Shown: positions 53,530 through 64,000 of the stretch, in pieces
Numbering within the stretch: position 1 is the stretch's first letter
Layout: the number at the start of each line of letters is the position of its first letter
Assembly (NCBI RefSeq): GCF_006345805.1
Contig: NC_042998.1
Location: forward strand, 11,222,001 to 11,286,000
Source of the DNA: Octopus sinensis
Lineage: Eukaryota
Direction of reading: 5' to 3'
Length of the DNA stretch: 64,000 bases
The notes under the pieces: model-generated
Databases searched by the model: none
The model's input: only the letters and a program-made list of their open reading frames with translations
Told to the model about the DNA's origin: nothing
Made by a program: the position numbers and the translations under genes

Positions 53530-53910
53530 CAGCCCAGTGGTTTTGAGTTCAGTTTTATTGCGCAGCACATTGAGTCTTATACTATAATTCCGGGCCCACC
53601 AGTGCCACGTAAGTAAATTTAGTAGGCGGAAATTGTGTGGAAGCTTGTCTTGTACATAAATGTGTGTATATGTGTGTTTGTGTGAATCTTTGTGTGTGTG
53701 TCACCCATTACCGTCAACATTTGGCAGACGATATTGGGTTTTTACGTCCCGGTAACTAAGCAATAAGACAAAGGAAACCGATAGAATAAGGACCAGCCTT
53801 TAAATAAAACATAAGTACCGAAGTCGATCTGTTCGATTAAATAAACGCTTGAAGGCAGCGCGTCAACATGGCCGCATTCCAAGATCTAAAACAAGTAGAA
53901 TAAAAAGTAG
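53530..53910 (+). mobile_element. Old SINE group 2 copy
   Basis: TGAGTTCAGT head remnant; ACCGATAGAATAAG..AACATGGCCGCA..AAACAAGTA tail. Confidence 0.65.
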
Positions 53911-53961
53911 AGACAAACATGAAGGTAGTATAGTTCTATATTTAAAAGATGAGGAATTATG

Positions 53962-54124
53962 TACATTATTTACACTATTTACATTATTTACATTTGACGG
54001 ATGTTTGTCCTCATCTTGTTTGACATACCCACCAGAAAGCTGGAGGGTCTATCAGCCGAAACGTTGTGTTAACAAACAAGATGAGAACAAATATCCGTCG
54101 AATGTAAATAATGTAAATAATGTA
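53962..54124. repeat. Inverted repeat (~50-bp arms) around a hammerhead-like loop; probable PLE terminal structure
   Basis: Arms 53962-54022 and 54073-54124; loop contains GCTG-GAGGGTCTAT-CAGC-CGAAACG. Confidence 0.8.
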
Positions 54125-54999
54125 TTAAAGTAGTATTTTAAAGCAAATTATTGATGAACGCAGGAGTCTAGGGAACCTAACACTAATCTATGGAAGGTGT
54201 GTTTGTGTAACAAATGACGCGAACGTATTACGTTGCTTGGGTGGGAGCTTTTAGTGTTGTTAAAATAACTCTTCTTACACCGTCTTATGAAAGCTTCTTG
54301 TATGCACGAAGGACGACAAACAGAAAAACAGTGAAAAAAGGAAATATAAGAGCGCATCTAATAGGTAAACAATACAGCGAACGTATTGTATCTTCTATAC
54401 AGACGACTCTAAAATTACATGATTCACTGTTTAATAAAAGTTTGCAAGTACATTACAAAAAACGTTCGACAAACCGTTATTTCTGGGAACAATTCAAGTT
54501 GTCTTTATGGCTTTTCTAAATTTGTCTAATTACCTGTGTAAATACGTAAACGCACCTGCATGTATAGGACATGTGTGTCTGGTGAGATTTAGATATGCTG
54601 TGTATGCTGGCATAATCTTCTTTAGCCTATCTGCGGAACACCTGCAATAACTCTGGGGCACAAGGATGATTGTGTGGTTAAGACGTTTGCTCTGTAACCA
54701 CGGGTTTCCGAGTCCAGTCGCACAGCTCGGCATTTATTTGCGTCGATGTGACTATTTTTAGAAACAGCAATAATCCAAGGCACAAAAGCTAGAGCGTAAT
54801 ATAACTGAACCTTAGGGTATAACAGCGTTGTGATGGTAAATGTAACTGAGGTTGCGTGTTACTGTGAAATCACTTAAAATAAAATAATCAAAGTACTAAT
54901 GCTGAGTGAGAGCATGATTTATTAAAACAGTGAGTCAAATAAGGTTTATTTAGCGGTCACGCTATCTTAATAGAATACGCCCACGCGCAAGCACCCACG

Positions 55000-55680
55000 C
55001 ACACGTACATACACACACACGCACACACACACAGGCACATTTATGCATACATGCATAAATACATACAAACATACATACACATACATGCAAACAAGCAAAC
55101 ATACATACATACATACATACATACATACATACATACGTACGTACGTACGTACATACATACATACATACATACATACATACATACATACATACATACGTAC
55201 GTACATACAAACATACATACATACATACATACATATGAAGTGTGTTAAAGCAACCTTTAACTAAATAAAGGACTAAATATATGACGTTGCTGACAAATAT
55301 TTTATGCGGAAAGGCGCATATGTACCAACTGATAGATTAACCAAATGAATGAGGAAAAAGTTGATTAATTTTATAATTACTTATCTAGTTGATGATAATG
55401 TTAAAGGGAAGTTAATTACAGACAGTGTATTTATCGACAAAATGGCTCTTCCAACATGCAACAAAATCTATTCCAACACACAATTTCACATTAGGAACGT
55501 TGCTAAGTAAATAATTACACGACATACATACATACATACATACATGCATGCATACATACATACGTACATACATACATACATACATACATACATACATACA
55601 TACATACATACATACATACATACATACATACATGCATGCATGCATACATACGTACATACATACATACATACATACATACA

Positions 55681-55711
<31 letters not shown>
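55000..55711. repeat. (TACA)n tracts (55085-55235 and 55520-55711)
   Basis: Direct reading. Confidence 0.95.
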
Positions 55712-55712
<1 letters not shown>

Positions 55713-56470
55713 GGTATATTTCCTGAAGCCTTGATGAAGACAGTAATATCTACCTGAAGCGCAGCCTCACGTGACAGCTACATCACACTTCGAAGGCTTA
55801 TGCGTTTGCAATCTAGCAAAATACCGAATAAACAAAAGAGACTTTGAAGTCGTCGGAACTCTGAAATGCAACCGAAGATATTCGAAGATATAGATCATAT
55901 TATATTTCTCTGAAAATCCATCACGCATGTAATGAACAGTTGCCTAAAGCGTCATCAAGGTAATACCTTCCTATGCGACACGATGTCGTCGCTAAAACAA
56001 TTTACAATACTATTCACAAAATGGCTATCCTGGAATAAATATAGAGCCTCCCCCTGTGGTTGAATGCATACACAAGCATCAGCACAAGGAATACTGGTGG
56101 AATATTCTCACCGAAACATCTGTCATGTGTAAATTTAAGTGGCCGGATATTCTTTAGCACAGCCAAGAAAAAGTATGTACCTCATAGATTAGATGTCAGC
56201 TTTCCTGCTAATGTGAATATATCTTCGAAAATCAAAGAGGATGAAGATAAATATGGAAAACTGCTTCGAAACCTCCTTCCAGATTATAAATTTACATTTA
56301 TACCTATAATTATTGGTACACTTGGTTTTGTGAGTAAATGGCTAAAAGACAGTCTGGATAAGTTAGGATTTTCCAAAAACAGAAAGCACAAAAGAATTCA
56401 CACATTACAAATAAGATCTGTGAACGGACAGTAAAAATATGCAACACTTTTCTGGAGTTTAAAATGTAAC
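55712..56470 (+). mobile_element. R4-like family C fragment 1
   Basis: YAFAI..YLPMRHDVVAKTIYN..WW..RPDI..KYGKLLRNL..DYKFTFIPIIIGTLGFV. Confidence 0.82.
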
Positions 56471-56699
56471 TTTGTTTTTGTTATCTACCAACGATGGTGC
56501 TCTGTATCTTTGTTAAAAACCAGATCCTTCCTCAGATGAAGAATTCAAATAATCAAAAGCAGAAGAAAACACACAAGATATTTTAACCACCAAGTGTCAA
56601 AGAGCATTCCTTGACCAAGTTTGCATACATGAGGCTGATAACATCATAAGACTTGGAAGACAGCTCCTTGTGCAACACTCTTTGTCTGATAACTTAAAA

Positions 56700-57565
56700 T
56701 ATATGCCCAAAGAATTCGCAAGACTCTGCTGCAACAATTCATCAGATGAAAGGTTAATCCTATATAAGCAGAAGACTGTGCATGGACATGTAATTAGAAA
56801 GCTTCGTCATGGTAGTAACATCGATCATCAAAGCATCTTATGGACCAATAGCCTGATGACTACCTCCCCCTTTGTAGGGTATGCGTTTGCAATCCAGGAA
56901 CAGGAAATATTAATCAAGTACCTGATGCACAAATGGGATAGAGATGCAGGTAAATCCGTAAAGTGTGACAATTGAAGCAGACTGTTGGATTCACAGTGAA
57001 GATAACACCCACATCATAAGCTGTTGTCCGAAAACGTCATCATGGTATTACCTTCCGATGAGGCATGACGTTGTAGATAGGACACTCTATAATGAAATCC
57101 GTCGGAAGGATAATCCCGAGGATAAAGAAATAAGAACCCACGATATGGTAAAAGCCATAGCCACTCATAATAAAAAGGAATACTGGTGGAATATACCAGA
57201 GAAGACCTCAGTAAAATATAAGCACAACAGACCTAATATGATGATTTGGGATGGAGAAGAATAGCTGTGTACAGTTGTGGAAATTAGCTGCCCAGCGGAT
57301 GTTACCATAAAGCTGAAGGTCAGTGGAAAAGAGAACACCTATGCTGAACTATAGAGAAATCGGCAAATACTCTATCCAGATTACAAGTTCAGGTTTATTC
57401 CTGTCATTATTGGGACCCTGAGATAAGTAACACACTGTCTAAATACCAATCTTGAGAAATTAGGCTTCTCAATACCGGAAGAGGAGAAGCTAATCCGAAG
57501 ACTACGGATCCAATCCATCACTGGAACTGTAAATATCTGTTAAACTTTCCAGAAGTTTATCATTT
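56700..57565 (+). mobile_element. R4-like family C fragment 2
   Basis: GYAFAIQEQEI..HIISCCPK..YLPMRHDVV..WWNIP..HNRPN..VEISCP..YPDYKFRFIPVIIGTL. Confidence 0.85.
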
Positions 57566-57634
57566 AAATATATATGAACATGTCTAGATATGCAACTATA
57601 TTTATGAGAATACATACATAAAACATACAAATCT

Positions 57635-57679
57635 GCACATACATACATACATACATACATACATACACACATATATACA

Positions 57680-57710
<31 letters not shown>
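57635..57710. repeat. (TACA)n tract
   Basis: Direct reading. Confidence 0.95.
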
Positions 57711-57749
57711 TATTTGTTTTGTAGTTATATTAATTATTCATTTTTCTTT

Positions 57750-58218
57750 CACTTGATTTTGTCACTGAACTGTTGTCGAGCTGAAACACAACCATGACAG
57801 TCTTTTGTTGGTCATATTGGTCTTAGTATTTAATTTTAAGCCAAGTAGTTATTTGCTAACTATTTGTCGAACCGCTTGCTCCTCGAACATAAGCGAAAAA
57901 ATACAAACGTTCACTGGCATATATGAAAAAAAAACCTATTACAGGCTTCAGCACAGTTTCCGCCGATCAGTTTCCTTCACAATGTATTGCAGATCCATAG
58001 AAACAAAGGTTATTGACAGAGACACTCATCCAAGATGCTTTGCAGTGGGACCGAACGCGTACCCACACGGATGCCAGACGAAGTACTTAACCAGCGTTCA
58101 ACTGGTACTTCCTTTATCGTTCTCTAAAGGATGGAAGACAAAGTCAGAATGCAAAGACGGAGGAAATGCTGCTAAGCATTTTGCTTGCATGCTAACTTTT
58201 CCACCATTTGACCGCCTT
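57750..58218 (-). mobile_element. Old SINE group 2 copy (57750-58090) next to a SINE group 3 fragment (58097-58218)
   Basis: GCAGTGGGACCGAAC and GAACCGCT match group 2; CAACTGGTACTT..AAAGGATG..CCGCCTT match group 3. Confidence 0.55.
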
Positions 58219-58831
58219 TTTCCATATTTGATATATTGACACCTGAACATATACTTCCAATATAGTATAAACAATTACACATGCGTGCGCGCGTATCTCT
58301 ATGTGTCTGTGTGTGTACATATTCATGCATGCGTATGTGCATGAATATGCAAAGATATATACATGCATGTATTTACACGCATATATATATATGTGTGTGT
58401 GTGCGTATTTGTGTAAGTAAATAAGTGAATGTGTAATTACACGCACAGGTGTGCACACACTCTCAAACTGATATACAGACCTAGACACACAATACATTAG
58501 AAAAACACACACGCAAACACTCATACACATTCAGACATATATATGCACGCACGTACGCAAACACACCCTGCCACGAGCACACATTCAGGCACACACAAAC
58601 ACACATATAAAGAGAAGCAGTATAGGTGGCGTCACTGATGACTAAGTGTTTTAGATAGCACTATTGCTAACAATATGTTTTAATGACTAATATCTTTAGT
58701 GATTTCTATTTGTGTATAATATACTTACAAAGATATGCACATACATACATACATTTATACTTACACACATACGCACACATAGACACACACACCACATATA
58801 CCTCACCCCACTCAATCACACACACTCACAG

Positions 58832-58867
<36 letters not shown>

Positions 58868-59261
58868 GGTGGTGGTTGTGATGGTTGTGTTGGTAGTAGA
58901 GGTGGTATTGGTGATGGTGGTGGATTTCCGTCGTCTTATGATTGGAATTGAGTTGTTAGAACAGCTGAATAACCTGCTTATGAATTAAAATGTAAGTAGC
59001 TGAGTATTCCACGGACATATGTAGTTATAACGCACATCTCTTAAATGATCAACGTATTACGGTGTATGAATGAGTATGAAAAAGGGAATATATACAGGCA
59101 AGGGTGTACATTTTGAATGATTTATATATTACACCTGACCTGAAGTTATACGAAATTATGCTTATCCTTGATACTGAACAGATGAATCGAACACGGGAAC
59201 ACATGTAACCATAAGGCCAAACTGCACTACTGTATATGATGTGTGTATGTATATGTGTGTG

Positions 59262-59298
<37 letters not shown>

Positions 59299-59303
<5 letters not shown>

Positions 59304-59624
59304 CGTGATCACCGTGACCGACCAGGCCATCAGATGTTGTTACATCAGATGTTGTTACACATCGCTGGTCACAATGCGCTTTGCATTGCTTTAGCCTTCA
59401 AATGACGCCACCCCGCTGGCTAAGCGAGCAGGCCAACAGAAGAAAGAGTGAGAGAAAGTTGTGGCGAAAGAGTACAGCAGGGATCGCCACCCCCCCCTGC
59501 CGGAGCCTCGTGGAGCTTTAGGTGTTTTCGCTCAATAAACACTCACAACGCCCGGTCTGAGAATCGAAACCGCGATCCTACGACCGCGAGTCCGCTGCCC
59601 TAACCACTAGGCCATTGCGCTTCC
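59299..59624 (-). mobile_element. tRNA-derived SINE group 1, tail type a
   Basis: Reverse complement of 5049-5359 with a 15-bp duplication ATCAGATGTTGTTAC; (TA)n on both sides. Confidence 0.9.
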
Positions 59625-59627
59625 CAC

Positions 59628-59769
<142 letters not shown>

Positions 59770-60481
59770 TTTACTGCAATGAAGGCCGCACGTATTTACA
59801 TAGATTACATATAAACGTATACCAGGCTGCTGATATTAAAGTGTTAAATATTTATGCAATGCAAATTAGTAGCTCCACTTCTCTGAAGCTACTGGATTTA
59901 TTACTTACGTGTACTGATTGACTTTTTGTACATCAGGGATGTCCACACCTCCGATGAGTACCCAATAAGTTTGACAATCGATTAAGTTTGTTCATCACTT
60001 TGTTTTCAATCCACGGAGAAATAGTTAAATTTACCATGTTTGTATGTCTACGTAGGTTAAATATATTTATATAGGTGTATAGGTGTATTTAAATACACTC
60101 GCTCGTATTTGTATATTACATGTAATAGACCATAAATTGAAAAGCAATTCAATACTACCTTATATATATAAATATAATCAGTTCTTGGCACCAGCAAAAT
60201 TCATGTGAAGATTGCCTTGTGTATGAAACTACGAGTAATGACACCTGACGCGGGCTGGATTTATAAATGCCATAAATTTACTTTGCCTACCATGTTGAAT
60301 TCCCTTTATTTTTTTCTGAGTGTATTTCGTTAAGTTGATAATCTTGCAAATACAGTTTTGTGACTCTTTATATGTGTGTACACTACAGGTAGTTCTCGCA
60401 TGAATGTAAGATATGCAGTACAAGTTTAAGATATATAAATGAATACAAATAAGAAATCAGATTTTAATATTAATCTTTGAT

Positions 60482-60684
60482 GAGGCGGTGAACTGTCTTA
60501 ATTATTGGCACACTTGGCAAAATGATTAGCGGCATTTCGTTTGTCTTTACGTTCTAAGTTCAAATTTCACCGATGCTTTTCATCCTTTCGGGATCGATAA
60601 AATAAGTACCAGTTGAGACTGGGGTTAAATGTAATCCATTTACCCCTCCCTAAAATTGCTGACCTTGTGCCAAAATTTGAAATT
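60482..60684 (+). mobile_element. SINE group 3, tail type b
   Basis: GAGGCGGTGAACTG head; CATCCTTTCGGGATCGATAAAATAAGTACCAG core; CCTTGTGCCAAAATTTGAAA tail. Confidence 0.8.
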
Positions 60685-61714
60685 AATATCAAGTTTTGAT
60701 TTTTATGAACAAATATGATGTGTTCCGACAGATTTGAACGTGAATACGTTAATCCCTAGTGCATTTCTCCTTTTAGACTATGTACATTGACGACACATCG
60801 ATTTGATTGACGCAGGTGTAATTATAGATATCGTAGCTTCAATGATTATGTCTCTGCTGAGTTTCGCTGTTTTACCTGCTTATAATAATTCAATACCTAC
60901 TAGGCAGGCATCAGCACATTTCACTAAATAATTTGTTTGCTGAATTCTATAAACAAGAACAACCATTCTTGTTTAGATTCAGGGATATGAAGGATAGCTC
61001 TGACGGAAGAGAATCATATCGAAACACCGGTATCTCAAAGCCTGCCTCTATACATCAGACGGAGGGAGAAAGTATTCTCTGGAGGCAAAAGAATACAACA
61101 GCGATTAGCATATTTGCGTACTGTCGAAACTTACTAAGATTGAATACGTATGTCATTGACTTGATTCTTGCTGTTTTATGTACTCATAGAAATTTGATAT
61201 TCATGAGACAGCTTGGCAAAAAGGCCACATATATGATATATTTCAATATTTACTTTACTTCAGTTAGATTAATATTAGTATTGCAGGCTATGAATTAAAT
61301 AGTGAGTGTCACCTCATATCACCATGTTTGTTGTAACTTCAAAATTCCAATTCCTACAATTAGCTGATAGCACGCTTGGCTTCTTTTCCGTGCGATGTCT
61401 GGAATACGTTTTTTAATCTTTTGTTTTACCACTGAGGCTCTCTTTCCATAAGGCCACCAAAACATCTAAGCGGGGTTTCGACTTAGTAGAAGTATCAGCG
61501 AAATCTGTTTCAAGTTACCTCATATCCCTTTAAGAGAATTGAAGTCATATTGTACACTGTAACAATATGCAAATGGTCCGTCCGTTAAGGAGCTAAACAG
61601 TGTAGTCGGAAACGGATCGAAACCCGTCAAATTGACCATGCCAATAATTCGAGTGGGTCGATTATTTCATTTCCTGACGTCACATAGATCGCCTTTCAAA
61701 TTACGCTTAAGGTA

Positions 61715-61808
61715 CACGTGCCCACAAAGTACTAAGCTAAATTATACATATATTCAAACAGGAGGCTGTTCCGTTTCTCGAACATTCGTCGTCGAAACCG
61801 ACGGAGAT
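61715..61808 (+). mobile_element. Degenerate SINE group 1b tail
   Basis: TTAAGGTACACGTG..GGCTGTTCCG..CGTCG.AACCGACGGAG. Confidence 0.55.
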
Positions 61809-62959
61809 CCATTATTAAAGCCAATATAAAGTCATTTCAAATATAATAGTATACCGAAATTGATCTGTAGCTCTTTTGTGTCATGAAACCCGTAATATTC
61901 ATACATACCAACATACATACACACACGCACACAGACATACACACGCATGCACATACAATCACACACACACACACACCACACACACATACATATGGTACAG
62001 AATTAGAATCAACTTCAAATATGACAGCAATGTTAATAATAGTGTTTTGTACTCTCTTAAATAAAGAAAACAAAACAAAATGAAATTGAAAAGGTCACAA
62101 ACGTGGCAAAGATGAGAAAAGTTGAATGTTGCGTAAAATTTACACTGATGAAAATCGTCAAAGAAAAGGTAATTTGTGGTCTTTCCTTCGTTTTTTTTTT
62201 ATATTATTACTTTTTATAGGAAAAATATAATGTGGTACGATGAACAAAAACTGTAGTCGAAAACCACAATCAAAGAGGCAAGGGAAGAGTTACACTTCAA
62301 AAGAAGAGCAACAGTGCTTGTCAAACTAGATGCTATATTCGACTCGAAAAGAGACGCGTAAATAAGGAACCAATTTAGTAAATGATGGGTAATTTCAATT
62401 TTTCTGTTTTACATGGTACTATTACGGGAATATTACTGTCGTCTGTCACTTACCCTATGATTGACAGTTACGTGGTGCAGATTTACGCATAAATTTCAAT
62501 CATATTTAAATACTTTTCGTAAAAATATCTTTAATGTATGATATTTTGTTTAGCAGAATTGGAAGAAAGACAAAAAGAGTAATCTCTACGTATCCAAATC
62601 AGAATGGATTAATAGAAAATTGAATTTTGCAAATGTCGTCGCCCTTTATGCGTCGTATTTTTCAATATATTTTAAAACTAGTTACACTCTTCGATCAAAA
62701 GCAAACCAAGTATGAGTCCTGGGAGTAGAATCATTGTTAGATGTTCATTGGCCTACACTTTTTATGGAATGTAAGTCCGTTGACAGGAGAGCCTCTGCGA
62801 TATTCTTGTCTGCTAAAACAAAATAGTAGCGTAATCTCCATCAAGTTACGACCTACTGTCTCAAAATTGAAGGACGCGTTGAGTAATGAAGTTTTAGTTA
62901 CACTGTGTTTGAAAAAAAACATATGCAAATGGGATGGTCAAGCTAGAAATATTTTGATC

Positions 62960-63180
62960 TCAGCTCTACTTGATTAGGGCTGATCTGGTGATAAACACGA
63001 GAACATGACCGTGCGAACATCTGGGCTCATATTCCATAGAGATTTGACAATGGCTTGTTTCACTCCTGGTGCAAATCTAAGAAACATGGTCGACAAACTT
63101 CCAAGAAACATCTTCAACAAGTAAGATGGGGTGGTCACAGTCGCAGTGCCTTTGATCATAGTCTCCTCGGTCAAGGTTAT
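62960..63180 (+). mobile_element. Possible SGNH-esterase (CR1/L2 ORF1-like) remnant
   Basis: MACFTPGANLRNMVDKLPRNIF..VVTVAV loosely follows V.C.PGA....L..I....VV.H.G; contains stops. Confidence 0.3.
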
Positions 63181-64000
63181 CTAGAGTTATAACTATAAAA
63201 ATAACAACTACCTGGATATCCCTCAGTAAAGATAGGTTAAATAAATGACAGAGATACTTTGCCCGGGGCATATAATACAGCAGCTACTTAGTGACATCTT
63301 AACGTTGGGAACGCTTCCATATCATCAGCAAGTACCTCAGAGTCAAAGCGTTTTAACCCTAAGCAACTATAATAATATCTTGGACACCCTTGAATAAGGA
63401 CAAGGCAAACTAAACTTTGAACAAAACGAAAATGCAATTATTGCGTTAAGGAAGAGAGTACAGTATCATACATTCCTTACTTATGAATATCACACATCTA
63501 CACACTTCACACGAGCTAAAGAAGCAATCCTTATATGGTCAGTCATCATACTAGAAATAGAGGTAAATCTCCCTAAAATCACATAATATCTTCTTAAAAA
63601 TAGAAGGACATGTTAAAAAATGTAGCAAATGTATTTGTTCATTAACCTGATTAATCAATGGTGGCCCTGAGACTAAACAACAACATTATTACATTATGAC
63701 TCACAAACTTAACAAACATGAATAATTATGGTTACTGAAGGGCAAAGCTTCCTTCTTAGAACCAGAAAATTCTCCAACACCAAACAGTCTCAAACCCTTT
63801 GCAAATTACAGATACATTAGAGTAACCAACGAAAAGATTCTATATATGGTCACGTGACCAGCTAAAAAGAGTTCTAAATGAAGAAAAGCAGTAAATGAGG
63901 AATATTGTTTCACATGCTCTATATGAAGGAACACTTTTTGATTGTAGATCCACTTGATCAGAACTAATATGGGAAGAAACAACTTCAGAGTGTATATGTG

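Noticed and set aside
60933-61298. 121-aa ORF as a gene
   Set aside because: It has a non-ATG start, no recognisable motif and no supporting exons.
63350-63365. TAACCCTAA telomere-like motif
   Set aside because: A single occurrence, expected by chance.

Overview
AT-rich, gene-poor eukaryotic DNA packed with microsatellites and retroelement debris. The repeat complement looks like a coleoid cephalopod (octopus-like) genome; this is an inference from repeat content, not a database match. No intact host gene, RNA gene or CRISPR array is supportable. Contents: (i) about 15 fragments of restriction-like-endonuclease (R4/Dong-type) non-LTR retrotransposons from several lineages, mostly stacked in (TAA)n tracts, with one lineage instead beside (TACA)n; (ii) three tRNA-type SINE groups showing head/tail swapping; (iii) Penelope-like remnants and short (TA)n-flanked elements with hammerhead-like motifs; (iv) non-autonomous Helitrons, one hAT MITE, and RTE, CR1/L2 and Tx1 fragments. 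The best leads are a three-junction templated insertion copied from 1-2.5 kb away, the hammerhead-like short elements, an apparent (TACA)n-associated R4-like lineage, a twin-priming-like Penelope inversion, and a speculative phase-compatible chain of minus-strand micro-exons. Family labels A-F and SINE group numbers 1-3 are my own working names. Element boundaries were read by eye and are approximate.
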